Positions 47,877 through 61,287 of a DNA stretch of 64,000 nt are shown piece after piece. Source of the DNA: Mustelus asterias (lineage: Eukaryota); assembly GCF_964213995.1 (NCBI RefSeq), contig NC_135812.1:103850001-103914000 (forward strand). Reading direction: 5' to 3'. The position numbers and the translations under genes were made by a program. The stretch's first letter is position 1. Every line of letters begins with the position of its first letter. Under the pieces are notes generated by a model. That model saw nothing but the letters and a program-made list of their open reading frames with translations, was not told the origin of the DNA and searched no databases.

Positions 47877-50310
47877 GGGCAGAACTTCTGCTCATGGCAA
47901 GAATAACTGTGATGACATGGCAACCACACAATAAAATATGCAAAGGTGTGGGGCCCAGTCAATTATCTGGTAGAGGTGGACAGGAAGTTGCCAAATCCAC
48001 TGTTGGCTGACTGGCATGGAGGTCTGGGTGCCATTTGTAAGTGCCATCTGGACATTGCCTATGGGTCAGTAGCATTGGTAGGAGAGGCTGAAAGGAACCT
48101 CAGGAGCTTCATCAAAGACTAAGGCTGCCAGCGGAGACAGTGACTGACCTACGTGCAATGCTGCAAAGACCCTCAGACTGCTCGTGTCACTGGTCAGTAC
48201 TAAGTTCTATGGGACTTGGTGAACACTCCGAATACAAGTCACTGCAATGTTGAACTTCTAAACATCTGCGCCTTGAAGCTGTCCTTTGGCTGCCTAAGGC
48301 CTGGAAAGCCTAACAGGCATGAGTCTTGCACAAGTGCAGATGATTTCTTTGTGGCCACAGCTACTGGAGGTATTTGGGTCGCTGGCAGAGGAGATGAGGA
48401 ACATCTTCCCACCCTTCGAATGCCTCAAGAGAAGCCCCCAGATGCAGCAGACGTCTGCTCCTCCTTCCTCTCACTGTCCAATGGCACCTCTCTGTATAGT
48501 AGAGATGGAGGGGAGTCCAAGAGCCTTGTCCCCCTCTCGCCTGGCCACTTCTGCATAGTTCATTGCCAAAGTGATGGTATACAAATCTGTGCACATATCT
48601 GGCATTCACCGAGTGATCTGCTAAATCTGTCTCTCAAGGGTAGTCAACCGCTCGATGGAGAAAACCACATGCACAATACATGGCAAAACACGTGGTGTCA
48701 ATGTGGCCTCCTCCTTTGTCCATTTGGGAGCTCTACCAGAGATTTTTCCTGCCTGTTGCTGTATCTCAAGGAGGTTCTTTGACTGCACAGACCCATCATC
48801 AGGCTGAGGCTCAGTATGGGGCTGGTCTTCAATAGTTCTTCAATTGTTAAGGTCCCCAGTTGTCACAGCCTTCAGCATCTGCTCATGCACATTTATGAGG
48901 TGCTCACTAACTTGTGATGCTGAAAATAGTCCAAGAACATACACCCCCCCCCCCCCGCCCCCAGCATTAATGTGTCCATGGTAGTGGATCGTGCAGGGGA
49001 ACGATGCGATGCTGGATCCTCTGAGTAATAGCAACCCTCCAGCTCAGAGGAGTCTGACTTGAAGCAGCTGGTCCATTCTTCTGGAGTGTGGAAACCTGCA
49101 TTGGAGAACATAAACAATTAGAACAAAGGCCTTCCCATTCCCTCTTCCCATGCCTGTCGTGCTTCCTTGCGACCCAACAGTGAACACCATTCAAGGCTTC
49201 CTCATTCTCTTGACAAGGCTCTCTGATCTCGACATCCTCTATTACCTGGCCGCCCTGCTTCCCAGCCAGGTAGAGTGCCTCCTCCTCTGTTGGTGCAGGC
49301 AGCATGGATGTCTGGCACACCTCCACCTGTCTTTGTCTTCTCACTCACATAATGTGTGCCCTTTTCTCCAACAGGCAAAAGGGTAAAGTAAGCTTCCATA
49401 CAACTCCATCCACCTCCTAAGCTGGCATCTCTCTTAGACACATGATGGGGCTCTTGGATGTTCATCGATACATCCATTCTGAAGGGACTTGCAGTACTCT
49501 GCCAACAAGAGGCAGACATCTGTTACCAACATGCATCTGCTTCCAGGAAAATTCTTACATCCACATGGCCAATCTCTCTCCATGTTGAGACCATCACATG
49601 TTGCCCAAACGAACGTCACAGCACTCTGAGCATTCAGTTACGCTCAGCTTCGTGGTGTGGGGAAGGTTATTGGGTTGCTTGCGGCACTGCACCAAATACA
49701 CTGGGTGACTCCATGTCTGCTCATCTCTGCTAAACTCTGCTGCTATCTCCATCCATGCTTCCTTGGTAAGGCAAGAGGGTCTTTTTTTGCTTTGTGGAGT
49801 ACCTCCTGCCTTTGCTGTACAACTTGGAGGAGAACCTGCAAGGAGGCATCAGTGAACCATGAGGCCACCCTTTTGTCTGTTCTGTGACATGCTCCTCACA
49901 GTCATCTGTGACCCTTCATTGCTGGTACTTTATTCATGGGGGGTCGGGACTGGGGAAATTGATGATTCTTCAGCAGTAGTACTGAGTTGGAAAGGAGGTC
50001 TTCAAAGGCAGTACCTCGATGGCAAGGTGCCTTCAGGGACAAGATGGAAATGGTGAAATGTCTGCAGGGGCAAGACGGAGATGACCAGATGTCTCCTTCA
50101 CTTTACTGTGAGATCTGGCCACCATTAATAAATGGCACTGGCACTTGTCCTCATCTAACACTCAGATCTGTACCGTCCTGCATGCCCCCAACATTTGATT
50201 TGTCCAGCCCCGAGCTTCCATCTTGTTTATTAGCTGTTTTTTTGCATTTGACTGACTACTTCTGTCCCAAACCGCATTTCCAGGTGTGCTACATGGACTC
50301 ACACCGTTGA
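47877..50310 (-). mobile_element. Decayed Harbinger element carrying a Myb/SANT-like gene remnant
   Basis: TIR-like GGGCAGAACTTC at the left end, GC-enriched interior, Myb-like remnant at 49660-49890. Right boundary uncertain. Confidence 0.55.
49660..49890 (-). pseudogene. Myb/SANT-like (trihelix) DNA-binding domain remnant
   Basis: Manual translation across frameshifts: RVASWFTDASLQVLLQVVQQRQEVL / KRPSCLTKEAWMEIAAEFSR / VQCRKQPNNL. Confidence 0.72.
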
Positions 50311-50602
50311 TTTAAGTTCCATCTATATTTCAGTTGGGGCTATACGAGTGTTTTATAGGGGCTTAGAAAATTTTCTGATTATTGTCTTCTATGATTCTAT
50401 TTAAAATCAAAGGATCCCAGTTTTATGAACTGCTTTGTGGAACTTTTTGCCACTTGCAAACATTTGTGTACAAGCATCCCCAGATCCCACCGTTCTTGCA
50501 CCCCTTCAAAATTTAGCTTGTATTGTCTCTTCTCATTCTCCTCCCCAAAATATATCTCAGACTTGTCTACATTTTATCGGCCCATTTCACTCGCCTGTTT
50601 GT

Positions 50603-51756
50603 CGTCTATATGGACTTTAGTAAAGCGTTTGACAAAGTCCCTCATGGTAGGCTGGTGAAAAAGGTTGGGATAAAGGTGGAGGTGGCTAGATGGGTGGAGA
50701 ACTGGCTTGGTCACAGAAGACAGAGGGTGGTAGTGGAAGGGTCTTTTTCCGGCTGGAGGCCTGTGACTAGTGGTGTTCCGCAGGGCTCTGTATTGGGATC
50801 TCTGCTGTTTTTTATATAAACGATCTGGAAGAAGGTGTAACTGGGGTGATCAGTAAGTTTGCAGACGACACAAAATTGGCAGGACTTGCAGATAGTGAGG
50901 AGCATTGTCAGAAGCTACAGAAGGATATAGATAGGCTGGAAATTTGGGCAAAGAAATGGCAGATGGAGTTCAATCCTGATAAATGCGAAGTGATGCATTT
51001 TGGTAGAAATAATGTAGGGAGGAGCTATACGATAAATGGCAGAACCATTAGGGTGTAGATACGCAGAGGGACTTGGGTGTGCAAGTCCACAGATCCTTGA
51101 AGGTGACGTCACAGGTGGAGAAGGTGGTGAAGAAGGCATATGGCATGCTTGCCTTTATAGGACGTGGCATAGAGTATAAAAGTTGGGGTCTGATGTTGCA
51201 GTTGTATAGAACATTGGTTCGGCCGCAGTTGGAATACTGCGCCCAGTTCTGGTCGCCACACTACCAGAAGGACGTGGAGGCTTTGGAGAGAGTAAAGAGG
51301 AGGTTTACCAGGATGTTGCCTGGTATGGAGGGGCTTAGTTATGAGGAGAGATTGGGTAAACTGGGGTTGTTCTCCCTGGAAAGACAGAGGATGAGGGGAG
51401 ACTTAATAGAGGTGTATAAAATTATGAAAGGCATAGATAGGGTAAACGGTGGGAATCTTTTCCCCAGGTCGGTGGTGACGTTCACGAGGGGGTCATAGGT
51501 TCAAGGTGAAGGGGGGGAGGTTTAACACAGATATCAGAAGGACATATTTTACACAGAGAGTGGTGGGGGCCTGGAATGCGCTACCAGGCAAGGTGGTGGA
51601 GGCGGACACACTGGGAACGTTTAAGACTTACCTAGATAGCCATATGAACGGAGTGGGAATGGTGGGATACAAAAGAATGGTCTAGTTTGGACCAGGGAGT
51701 GGCACAGGCTTGGAGGGCCGAAGGGCCTGTTCCTGTGCTGTATTGTTCTTTGTTCA
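50603..51756 (+). mobile_element. CR1 LINE, 5'-truncated, frameshifted
   Basis: YMDFSKAFDKVPHG, FADDTK, RPQLEYCAQFWSP. Same subfamily as 11423-12085. Confidence 0.93.
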
Positions 51757-51989
51757 AGTCTATTGCTGTCTAATGCAATGCTTCATGTCACATGCAAATT
51801 TTGAAACTGTGCCATGTTCCTGCAAGTGCAAGTCATTAATGTTTATTAAAAAGCAGTGAGCCCAGTAATGAACCATGGGGAACTGGATACAGCAAAGACT
51901 ATGGACCCTGACAACATCCAGTAGTAGTACTGAAGATTTGTGCTCCAGAACTAGCTGCGCTTCTAGCCAAGCTATTCCAGTCCAACTAT

Positions 51990-54900
51990 TTTAATAGAAA
52001 ACAAGGAAATGGGAGAACAATTAAACTGCTCTAGTCCTGTCTTCACAGAGGAAGACAGAAATAACTTGCCAGAAATGCTAAAGAATCAAGAGTTTAGTGA
52101 GAAGAACGATTAGAAGGAAATTAGTATTACTACAAAAATAGTGCTGGAGAAACTAATGGGACTGAAAGCTGATAAATCCCCAGGGCCTGATAATCTACAT
52201 CCGAGAGTGCTACAGGAAGTGGCCATGGAAATAGTGGATGTGTTGTTTGTTACCTTCCAAAATTCTGTAGATTATGGAACAGTCTTAGCAGGTTGGAGGG
52301 TGACAAATGTAACCCCACTATTTAAAAAAGGAGGGAGAAAACAGGGAATTACAGACTGTTAGCCCTACATAAATAGTAAGGAAAATGCTAGAGACTTTCA
52401 CAAAGGATGAGAAACAGGACACTTAGAAAATATCAACAAGATTAGACAAAGTCATCATGGATTTATGAAAGGGAAATCATGTTTGACAAACCTACTGGTA
52501 CGGCAGTTATCATGGGGGATTTTAATCTACATGTTGATTGACCAAACCAGGTCAGTCAAGGCAACCTTGAGGAGGAGTTCATAGAATGTATCCGCGATAA
52601 CTTCCTCGAACAGTATGTAATGGAACCTACAAGGGAGCAAGCTATCCTTCCTAATTCTGGTCCCGTGTAAAGAGACAGGAATAATTAATGATCTCACAGT
52701 TAGGGATACTCCCGGAAAGAGCGGTCACAGTATGGCTGAATTTAAAATACAGATGGAGCATGAGATGGTAAAATTCAATCCTAGCTTCTTGTGCTTAAAC
52801 AAAGGAGACTACAATGGGATGAGGGAGGAGTTGGCCAATGTAGACTGGGAGCAAAAACTTTATGGTGGGACAATTGAGGAAGAGTGGAGGACTTTCAAAG
52901 CGATTTTTCACAGTGCTCAGTAAAAGTATATACCAGTGATAAGGAAGGACTGTAGAAAAAGGGATAGGACTGTAGAAAAAGGGATAGTCAGCCATGGTTA
53001 TCTAAGGAAATAAAGGAGGGTATCAAATTGAAAGAAAATGCATACAAAGTGGCAAAGATTAATGGGAAACTAGAGGATTGGAAAATCTTTAAAGGTCAAC
53101 AGAAAGCCATCAAAAAAAGCTATAAAGAAAAGTAAGATTATGAGAGCAAACTAGCTCAGAATATAAAAACAGATAGCAAAAGTTTCTACAAATATATAAA
53201 ACAAAAAAAAGTGGCTTTGGTAAACATTGGTCTTTTAGAGGATGAGAAGGGGGATTTAATAATGGGAAAAGAGGAAACGGTCGAGGCATTGAACAGGTAT
53301 TTTGCAGTGGAGAGCACAAATAATATGCCAAAATTGATGACAAGGAGGTTATGGTAGCTGAGGATCTAGAAACAATTATCACTAAAGAGTTAGTGTTGGG
53401 CAAGCTAATGGGGCTAAGAGTAGACAAGTCTCCTGGCCCTGATGGAATTCATCCCAGGGTACTAAAAGAGATGGCGGGGAAAATAGCAAATGTGCTTGTA
53501 GTCATTTACCAAAATTCGCTGGGCTCTGTGGCAGTTCCGGCAGATTGGAAAACCGCAAATGTGACGCCACCATTTAAAAAAGGAGGTAGACAAAAGGCAG
53601 GTAACTGTATGCTGGTTAGTTTAAGTTCTGTAGCGGGGAAAATGCTTGAATCTATCAAGGAAGAAATAGCGAGACTTCTGGATAGAAATTGTCCTATTGG
53701 GAAGACACAGCATGGGTTCATGAAAGGCAGGTCATGTTTAACTAATTTACTGTAATTCTTTGAGGACATTATGAGCACAGTGGACAACGGGGAACCAGTG
53801 GATGTGGTGTATCTGGATTTCCCGAAGGCATTCAACAAGGTGCCACGCAAAGGCTGCTGCATAAGATAAAGGTGCACGGTGTTACGGGTAATGTATTAGC
53901 ATGGATAGAGGATTGGTTAACCAACAGAGTGGGGGTAAATGCGTATTTTTCTGGTTGGCAGTGACTAGTGGTGTGCCCCAGGGATCAGTATTGGGACCGC
54001 AGTTGTTTACAATTTACATAAATGATTTGGAGTTGGGAACCAAGTGCAACGCATCAAAGTTTACAGAAGACACTAAGATGAGTGGTAGAGCGAAATGTGC
54101 AGAGGACACTCAAAGTCTGCAAAGGGATATAGATAGTTTAAGTGAGTGGGCAAGATCTGGCAGATGGAGTACAATGTTGGTAAATGTGAGGTCATCCATT
54201 TTGGTAGGAATAACAGCAAAATGGACTATTATTTAAATGGTAAAAAATTGCAGCATGCTGCTGTGCAGAAGGGCCTGGGTGTCCTTGTGCATGAATCACA
54301 AAAAGTTGGTTTGCAGGTGCAGCAGGTAATTAAGAAGGCAAATGGAATTTTGTCCTTCATTATTAGAGGGATGGGCTTTAGAAACAGGGAGGTTATGATG
54401 CAGCTGTATAAGGTACTGGTGAGGCTACACCTAGACTGCTATTTACAGTTTTGGTCTCCTTCCTTGAGAAAGCATACGCTGGCACTGGAGGGGGTGCAGA
54501 GGAGATTCACTAGGTTGATTCTCGAGTTGAGAATGTTGGCTTATAAGGAGAGTGAGTAGACCGCAACTATACTCACTGGAATTTAGAAGATGAGGGGAAT
54601 CTAATAGAAACATATAAAATTATGAAGGGAATAGACAAGTTAGAAGCAGGGAGGTTGTTTCCACTGGTGGGTAAAACTAGAACTAGGGGACATAGCCTCA
54701 AAATAAGGGGGAGCAGATTTAGGACTGAGTTCAGGAGAAACTTCTTCACCCAAAGGGCTGTGAATCTGTAGAATTCCCTGCCCAATGAAGCAGTTGAGGC
54801 GACCTCGTTGAATGTTTATAAGGCAAAGATAGATTGATTTTTGAACAGTAAAGGAATTAAAGGTTATAAGGAGCTGAGTCCACGAAAAGATCAGCCATGA

Positions 54901-56165
54901 TCTTACTGAATGGCAGAGCAGGCTCGAGGGGCCAGACGGCCTCCGCCTGCTCCTAGTTCTTATTTTTGAGAATGTAATTTGTAGAATAGAAAAGGGTGAA
55001 CCAGTGGATGCGGTGTATTTGGATCTTCAAAAAGTTTTTGATAAAATACCACATAAGAGGTTAAAGTGAAAAATTAAAGTGCATGGGATTCAGGGTAATA
55101 TATTTACATAGATTGAGAATTGGTTAGCAGACAGGAAATCTGGTAGGGATAAATGGGTCTTTTTCAGACTGGAAGGCAGTGACTAGAGGGGTCCCACAGG
55201 GATCAGTACTTGGGCCCCAACTATTTACAATATACATCAATGATTTGGATGAGGGAACCAAAAGTAATATTTCCAAGTTTGCTGATAACATGAAACTTGT
55301 GGGAATGTGAGTGGTGAGGATGATGTTAAAAGGCTTAAAGGTGATTTAGACAAGTTGAGTGAGTGGGCAAAGACATGGCAGATGCAATGAAGATAAATGT
55401 GAAGTTAACCAATTCAGTCAGAGAAACAGAATGGCAGAGCAGAGTATTATTTAAATGATGATAGATTGGGAAATGTTAACATACAAAGGGACTTGCGTGG
55501 CCCAGTACACCAGTCACTGAGAGCGTGCATGCAGATACAGCTATTTTGGCCTTCATTGCAAGGAGACTTGAGTACAGGAGCAGGGATTTCTTACTGCCAG
55601 TTATACAGGGCCTTGGTGGAATATTATGTGCAGTTTTGGTCTCCTTACCTAAGAAATTATATATTTGCCAGAGAGGGAGTGCAGCGAAGGTTCACCATAC
55701 TGATTCCTGGGATGACAGGACTGTCATATGAAGGGTGATGGGGTCGCCTGGGCCTGTAATCACTGGAATTTAGAAGAATAAAAGGGGGTGTAATTGAAAC
55801 ATATACATTTCTGACAGGTTTGAACAGACTGAATTCAAAACATTGTTTCCTTTGGCTCTGTAGGTCTAGAACAAGGGGTCACTGTCTGAGGATACAGGGT
55901 AGGCTATTTAGGACTGAGATGAGGAGAAACTTCTTCACTCAGAGGGTGGTGAGCCTGTGGAATTTTCTACCACAGAAGGTTGTGGAGGCCAAGTCAGTTA
56001 ATATAGTTAATAAGGAATTAGAATGATTTCCAGACTCTAAAAGGGTCAAGGGGTATGGGGAGAGTGTAGGAGTATCATACTGAGATACACAATCAGCCAT
56101 GATCATACTGAATGGCAGATTAACCTTGAAAGGGCAAATGGCCTACTCCTGCTTCTATTTTCTGC
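51990..56165 (+). mobile_element. Older CR1 LINE split by a second CR1
   Basis: RT reads ..KGKSCLTNLL at 52497 and resumes FFENV..RIEKGEPVDAVYLD at 54962. Tail near 56160. Confidence 0.85.
52500..54962 (+). mobile_element. Nested CR1 LINE including the end of the APE endonuclease domain
   Basis: Starts VIMGDFNL; RT motifs at 53351-54559; own 3' tail at 54890-54962; 20-bp tandem duplication at 52946-52985. Confidence 0.9.
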
Positions 56166-57238
56166 ATTACTCTATCTATTCTCATGCTGTAATTGCAAAA
56201 ATGCTGCTAGCATATGAACAATAATATATTTACAAAGCACTCTTTCACAAAGCACTTTACAGAAAAATAAATAGTGAAAGTGCAAGAAGGCATCAGCACT
56301 GATGGTTGAGAAACCAAGTTACAATTAAACAGAGGGTTTCAAGAGACATGGTAAAAGATTTAAAAAAACGTTGTTACAAATGGAGTGGAATACAGCTATA
56401 GAGAATTTTAAATTCAAGTATGAGATGTCAGTTCAATTTCATATCAAAGTGGACAGAACACACAAGACTCGAAAAGGGTCAAGGGGTATGGGGTTAAACA
56501 CACAAGACCCAAAATTCCTGATGAACCAATGTGCCACTGAAGTGGAGCAGAGTGGGACTTGCACCCACCCAATATGAGTTTATCCAAAATACTAGTCAGC
56601 AAATATATGCACTTCAGGTTAGTGGCCACACTGTTTAAAACATGACTGTGGTGCTTGTGTGGAGTATGAGGGCAGGAGAAGGGAGAAAAAAAAGATTTTC
56701 TGCAGCATTTTTCTGCAGAATCCCACAGCTAGCCAGGCCAAGCAAGATGAGAAGCAGTGCAAAAAAGCCCACAATTCAAATGTGTTCTTGTTCCAGCAGC
56801 TTTCACTGCACTAAAAGCTGCAGACCCCATTTCCATTACTTAATGCATGCATCATGCAGGTGTATAATGCATTGAGGAAAACTGAAACAGAGCTGGTGAA
56901 CTTTAGGATGCCTCATTTCACCCTGCCAGACCCATCTTTTCCAAGTGTCATTCCAACAGATAGAGAAGCTGATCCCAACAATTTTGTACAGAAAAGGCAA
57001 AGATCTGGCAAACTGGGTTCTAGTATAATCCACCTAATAATACATGTCCATATGCTAATGAATGAAGAACAATAATAAATCCAGAGTTTTAAAAATATTT
57101 ATTCTAAAGAAATAATCAGTGAATGCAACAGCTCATTAACAAGTAAGAAAAACTTTTCTGATTTATCTAAGAGATTAGTTATCATATTTCAGGAATATTT
57201 TTCAGATGGTCCAATCATTATAGTCAATAAACTCTTTA

Positions 57239-57364
57239 GGGCGGGATTTTCCACCTGCGTTCGCCTTGAAACCGGAAAATCCAGCCCGAGTTCAACGAAT
57301 CTTTCCATGGTCCACCCCGGGCCGCTATGATTCCTATGGCGGGCGGAACGGGAAAATTTCCCCC
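57239..57364. mobile_element. Harbinger-type MITE
   Basis: GGGCGGGATTTTCC ... GGAAAATTTCCCCC inverted ends, CpG-rich, ~125 bp in AT-rich DNA. Confidence 0.75.
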
Positions 57365-59239
57365 TTGGTATTTATTTTCAGGCTAACTTGGTGACAAAAA
57401 ATTTCTAAGCTTCTAGCATTTCTCCTAAGGGGAAAAAATGTGTCCTTGTACTATATGTAGCTAAATCAGAAACACACTTACATTGCCATTTTGCTACATA
57501 TGGAGTGGAAAATTTCTCCTGTGCATCAAGTTACCCAAATTCCAGTTTGTTCAACTTTTATTTCTTCTCCTTAGTTGTGCTTCAAAAATACTGCACCACC
57601 TGTGTTGAACTTGTCTTAACTTTCCACCTAATATTGATCAACTGCAATAGTCCCAATTACAATCATTTAATAGCTCTGCACAAAGTGCAAATTGTTGCAC
57701 CATGTAATATTATTGGTATATAGTTTACAACTTAATCGTCAGCGCATGAATATTCTAGACTCAGAAAGTGAATGAAAATAATTAAATGTAATTGAAAATG
57801 TTGCACAAGTACAGACAATCCCAGAAAAAATGTGCATAATATCACATATTGCACAAATATGAGATCTATCAGAATAAGGTTTTTGCCATCAGTTGCCTGA
57901 AGTAAATCTTAAAATAGATTTGGATATACTGAATTAAAGCTTTGTTTATGCATAGATTTATCTCAGCTCATTTCCTTGAAAGCCCACAGCTTGTTTAGCA
58001 TTCTGTAATTTTATACAGTCATTGATCTTTTAAGCTGCCAAATGAGTCATAACATTGTGTATTGATTAATAGCTCTTCTGACCAAATAAATGGATTTATT
58101 AATCTGGTTCATCAAAGTAGACAAGCTGAATTTAGCCACTGTTGTAATTAACAATGACATCCACACTTTTGAGCTGCTATAAATGTTGGAATAGGGCTTT
58201 TGAGGTTTGGATTCTATTTGGATTCCTACCATCCATTCCAACAACTAAATATTACATTACAGATTTTCAGTAACACTGATCAGAAATACTGATGTAACAG
58301 ATATTTAGTCTCCTAAAAGAATGCTTTATGTGGTTTGTAAATATAATTTTACAATATTTACTAAATTTTCTAGTGACACATAATGGTAAATCTTTGATGC
58401 TGCACCTTCTTATTTGTAATATATTGCTAATCTGTCCAGCATGGACACACTGAGACAAATTTACATCCTCACCACAGGGCCAAAAATCTGGCAAAGTGTA
58501 TCATGCATACAGGACACACCCAATTTTAATTCCATTGATTTCAACAAATAAATTACCCCAGTGAATCCCAATTCAAATGTCCAACCAAAATGCCAGCAAT
58601 CTGCAGGATGGCTGGGCACTTATCTTAATTTAAGGCATTTCTTATCCAGTTAGCATTGACACCACTTAAACCTCTCAGTTTTATACAAACTGGTCTTTGT
58701 ATTAATTTATGCACATCATTGGAAGCAATAAATGCCAGGTAACATCAATATCTTTTTGCAAATTCCTCAATTTCTACAAATGATTAGTTTGCCAGAAATT
58801 ATTCCTCTTTTAAAATCCATTCAACTTGTTTGGATTAAAAATAGAAATGCATTATTTACTTATACTCTGTTTAAACAATTTATTGCAAGAACAGCTAGCA
58901 GATCCTGAATGAATGTTTGTTGCTATGTACATTGTCACTGAGACCATTTATAAACTTTTGAAAAATTCAACATCTATCTTGCTTTTAATACACATTTCAA
59001 GTTGCACAAACAGATTTCAGAGTTTTGCTTTTAACTGATAACGATTAAGTACTTCTCTGAAATAAATGAATGAAAACATGTTGTTTCTACAATGGGCAAC
59101 CAATCCACTCTACCAGATGCAACTAAGACAAAACAAAATCCTAATGCATTACAAATGTAGCAATGTGACAGATAAACATATGTATATACTATCTGCCTTT
59201 TTCCTAAATCTAACATAGGACTTGATTTTCAGAACAAGG

Positions 59240-59836
59240 AACAAATTTCCATGTGGCTCAGCAAGTTTATCCACTGAATAACTTAGGTGATCCCAAGTTT
59301 GGTCAAGGTTGGTACAAAGTATTCTCGACTCGAGTAGCAGTAGAGGGGCTAGAATTGGTGTCAGCAACATTTAGTTAGGAAATTATCCAGGGTATCTGCT
59401 GCTGATATTATCCCCTGCCAAAAGTTCATAGGTGTGAACACAGATGAAATGGGTACAGCTTTGGTGGAGTCAAACAGACTGCTAGCATTCACCAACAAGA
59501 CTCATACATTCAAAAATATGTTTAATTACAAATGGATATCATTAAAAAATCCTGATTATGTTAACCAAAGCCAGGATGACAACAGCAATCTTTATACTAC
59601 CAACCCTGTACCATCTTAACTGAAATTACAACCGTACCTTCCAAATAGTTGGCACAGAAACCATGAGGAAGTAGAAAAAAGACAGTAGATATCCTGGATA
59701 ACTAAGTGCTGCTGGCACCAATTCTAGCACCTCTATCATTGATGTAGCTGAGAACACTCAGTACAAATCTTGACCAAATCTAGGATTATCTAAGTTATTC
59801 AGTGCATAAATTTGCTGGGCAATCTGGAACTTTGCT
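59240..59836. repeat. Long imperfect inverted repeat (~160-bp arms, ~280-bp spacer)
   Basis: 59240-59401 aligns to the reverse complement of 59683-59836 (e.g. CTAGAATTGGTG/CACCAATTCTAG, CACTGAATAACTTAG/CTAAGTTATTCAGTG). Confidence 0.85.
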
Positions 59837-60348
59837 GAGGAAAGAGGCTTATGACAGCTTGACAAGGTAAGATTCATTAACTTCCTCTTATCATCAGCAC
59901 ATTATACTCAGTACTTAGGGGGCTCTCATATATTTTGTCATCTACAAGAAATAGCTAGCAACCACTACAGAAGAGCTAAATTGAGGTGAAAGCAAATACC
60001 AACACAAATGCCAACATTCACAACCCAGAAAACAAAACTTTTATTTCCGTAGTGCCTTGGACAGTTATCAAACAAGATATGACATAGGACCATATTAGGA
60101 TGATATTAGGGCAGATGACCGAAAGCTTGGTTAAAGGAGGTTTAAGGAGTGACTTAAAGGAGGAAAGTGAGATGGAAAGACAGATAGGTTTGAGGGAATT
60201 GCAGAATTTTGGGCCTAGAAAGCAGAAGGCACACTGATGATGGGGCTATTACAATGATGTGGAGATGCCAGCGTTGGACTGGGGTGAACACAGTAAGAAG
60301 TCTCACAACACCAGGTTAAAGTCCAACAGGTTTATTTGGTAGCAAATA

Positions 60349-60385
60349 CCATAAGCTTTCGGAGCACTGCTCCTTCGTCAGATAG
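60349..60385 (-). ncRNA. Minimal type I hammerhead ribozyme
   Basis: CUAU-CUGACGA-A-GGAGC AGU GCUCC-GAAA-GC-UU-AUGG. Confidence 0.75.
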
Positions 60386-60715
60386 AGTGGAAATCTGCTC
60401 TCAAACAGTGCAAACAGACAAAATCAAGTTGCAGAATACTGATTAGAATGCGAATCCTACAGCCAGCCGGGTCTTAAATGTACAGACAATGTGGGTGGAG
60501 GGAACATTAAACACAGGTTAAAGAGATGTGTATTGTCTCCAGACAGAACAGCTAGTGAAATTCTGCAAGTCCAGGAGGCAAGCTGTGGGGGTTACTGATA
60601 ATGTGACATAAATCCAACATCCCGGTTTAGGCCGCCCTCATGTGTGCGGAACTTGGCTATCAGTTTCTGCTCAGCGACTCTGCACTGTCGTGTGTCGTGA
60701 AGGCCGCCTTGGACG

Positions 60716-61205
60716 GCATCTCCTCCGGAGCCTTCAACATGTCATTGATGAAGACGAACATCTCGCCAAGGCCATCCCCACACCCCCACTTCTTGCCTTC
60801 AAACAACCACGCAACCTCAAACAGACCATTGTCCGCAGCAAACTACCCAGCCTTCAGGAGAACAGTGACCACGACACCACACAACCCTGCCACAGCAACC
60901 TCTGCAAGACGTGCCGGATCATCAACACGGATGCCATCATCTCACGTGAGAACACCATCTACCAGGTACACGGTACCTACTCTTGCAACTCGACCACCAT
61001 TGTCTACCTGATACGCTGCAGGAAAGAATGTCCCGAGGCATGGTACATTGGGGAAACCATGCAGACGCTATGACAACGGATGAATGAACACCGCTCGACA
61101 ATCACCAGGCAAGACTGTTCTCTTCCTGTGGGGGAGCACTTCAGCAGTCACGGGCATTCAGCCTTGGATCTTCAGGTAAGCGTCCTCCAAGGCGGCCTTC
61201 ACGAC
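60716..61205 (+). pseudogene. PLE GIY-YIG endonuclease fragment
   Basis: PPLLAFKQPRNLKQTIVRSKL..PCHSNLCKTC..YSCNSTTIVYLIRCRKECPEAWYIGETMQTL*QRMNEHR..PVGEHFS. The stop is TGA, probably from CGA. Confidence 0.92.
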
Positions 61206-61250
61206 AACTTGATTTTGTCTGTTTGCACTGTTTGAGAGCAGATTTCCACT

Positions 61251-61287
61251 CCATCTGACGAAGGAGCAGTGCTCCGAAAGCTTATGG
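61251..61287 (+). ncRNA. Minimal type I hammerhead ribozyme
   Basis: CCAU-CUGACGA-A-GGAGC AGU GCUCC-GAAA-GC-UU-AUGG. Confidence 0.8.
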
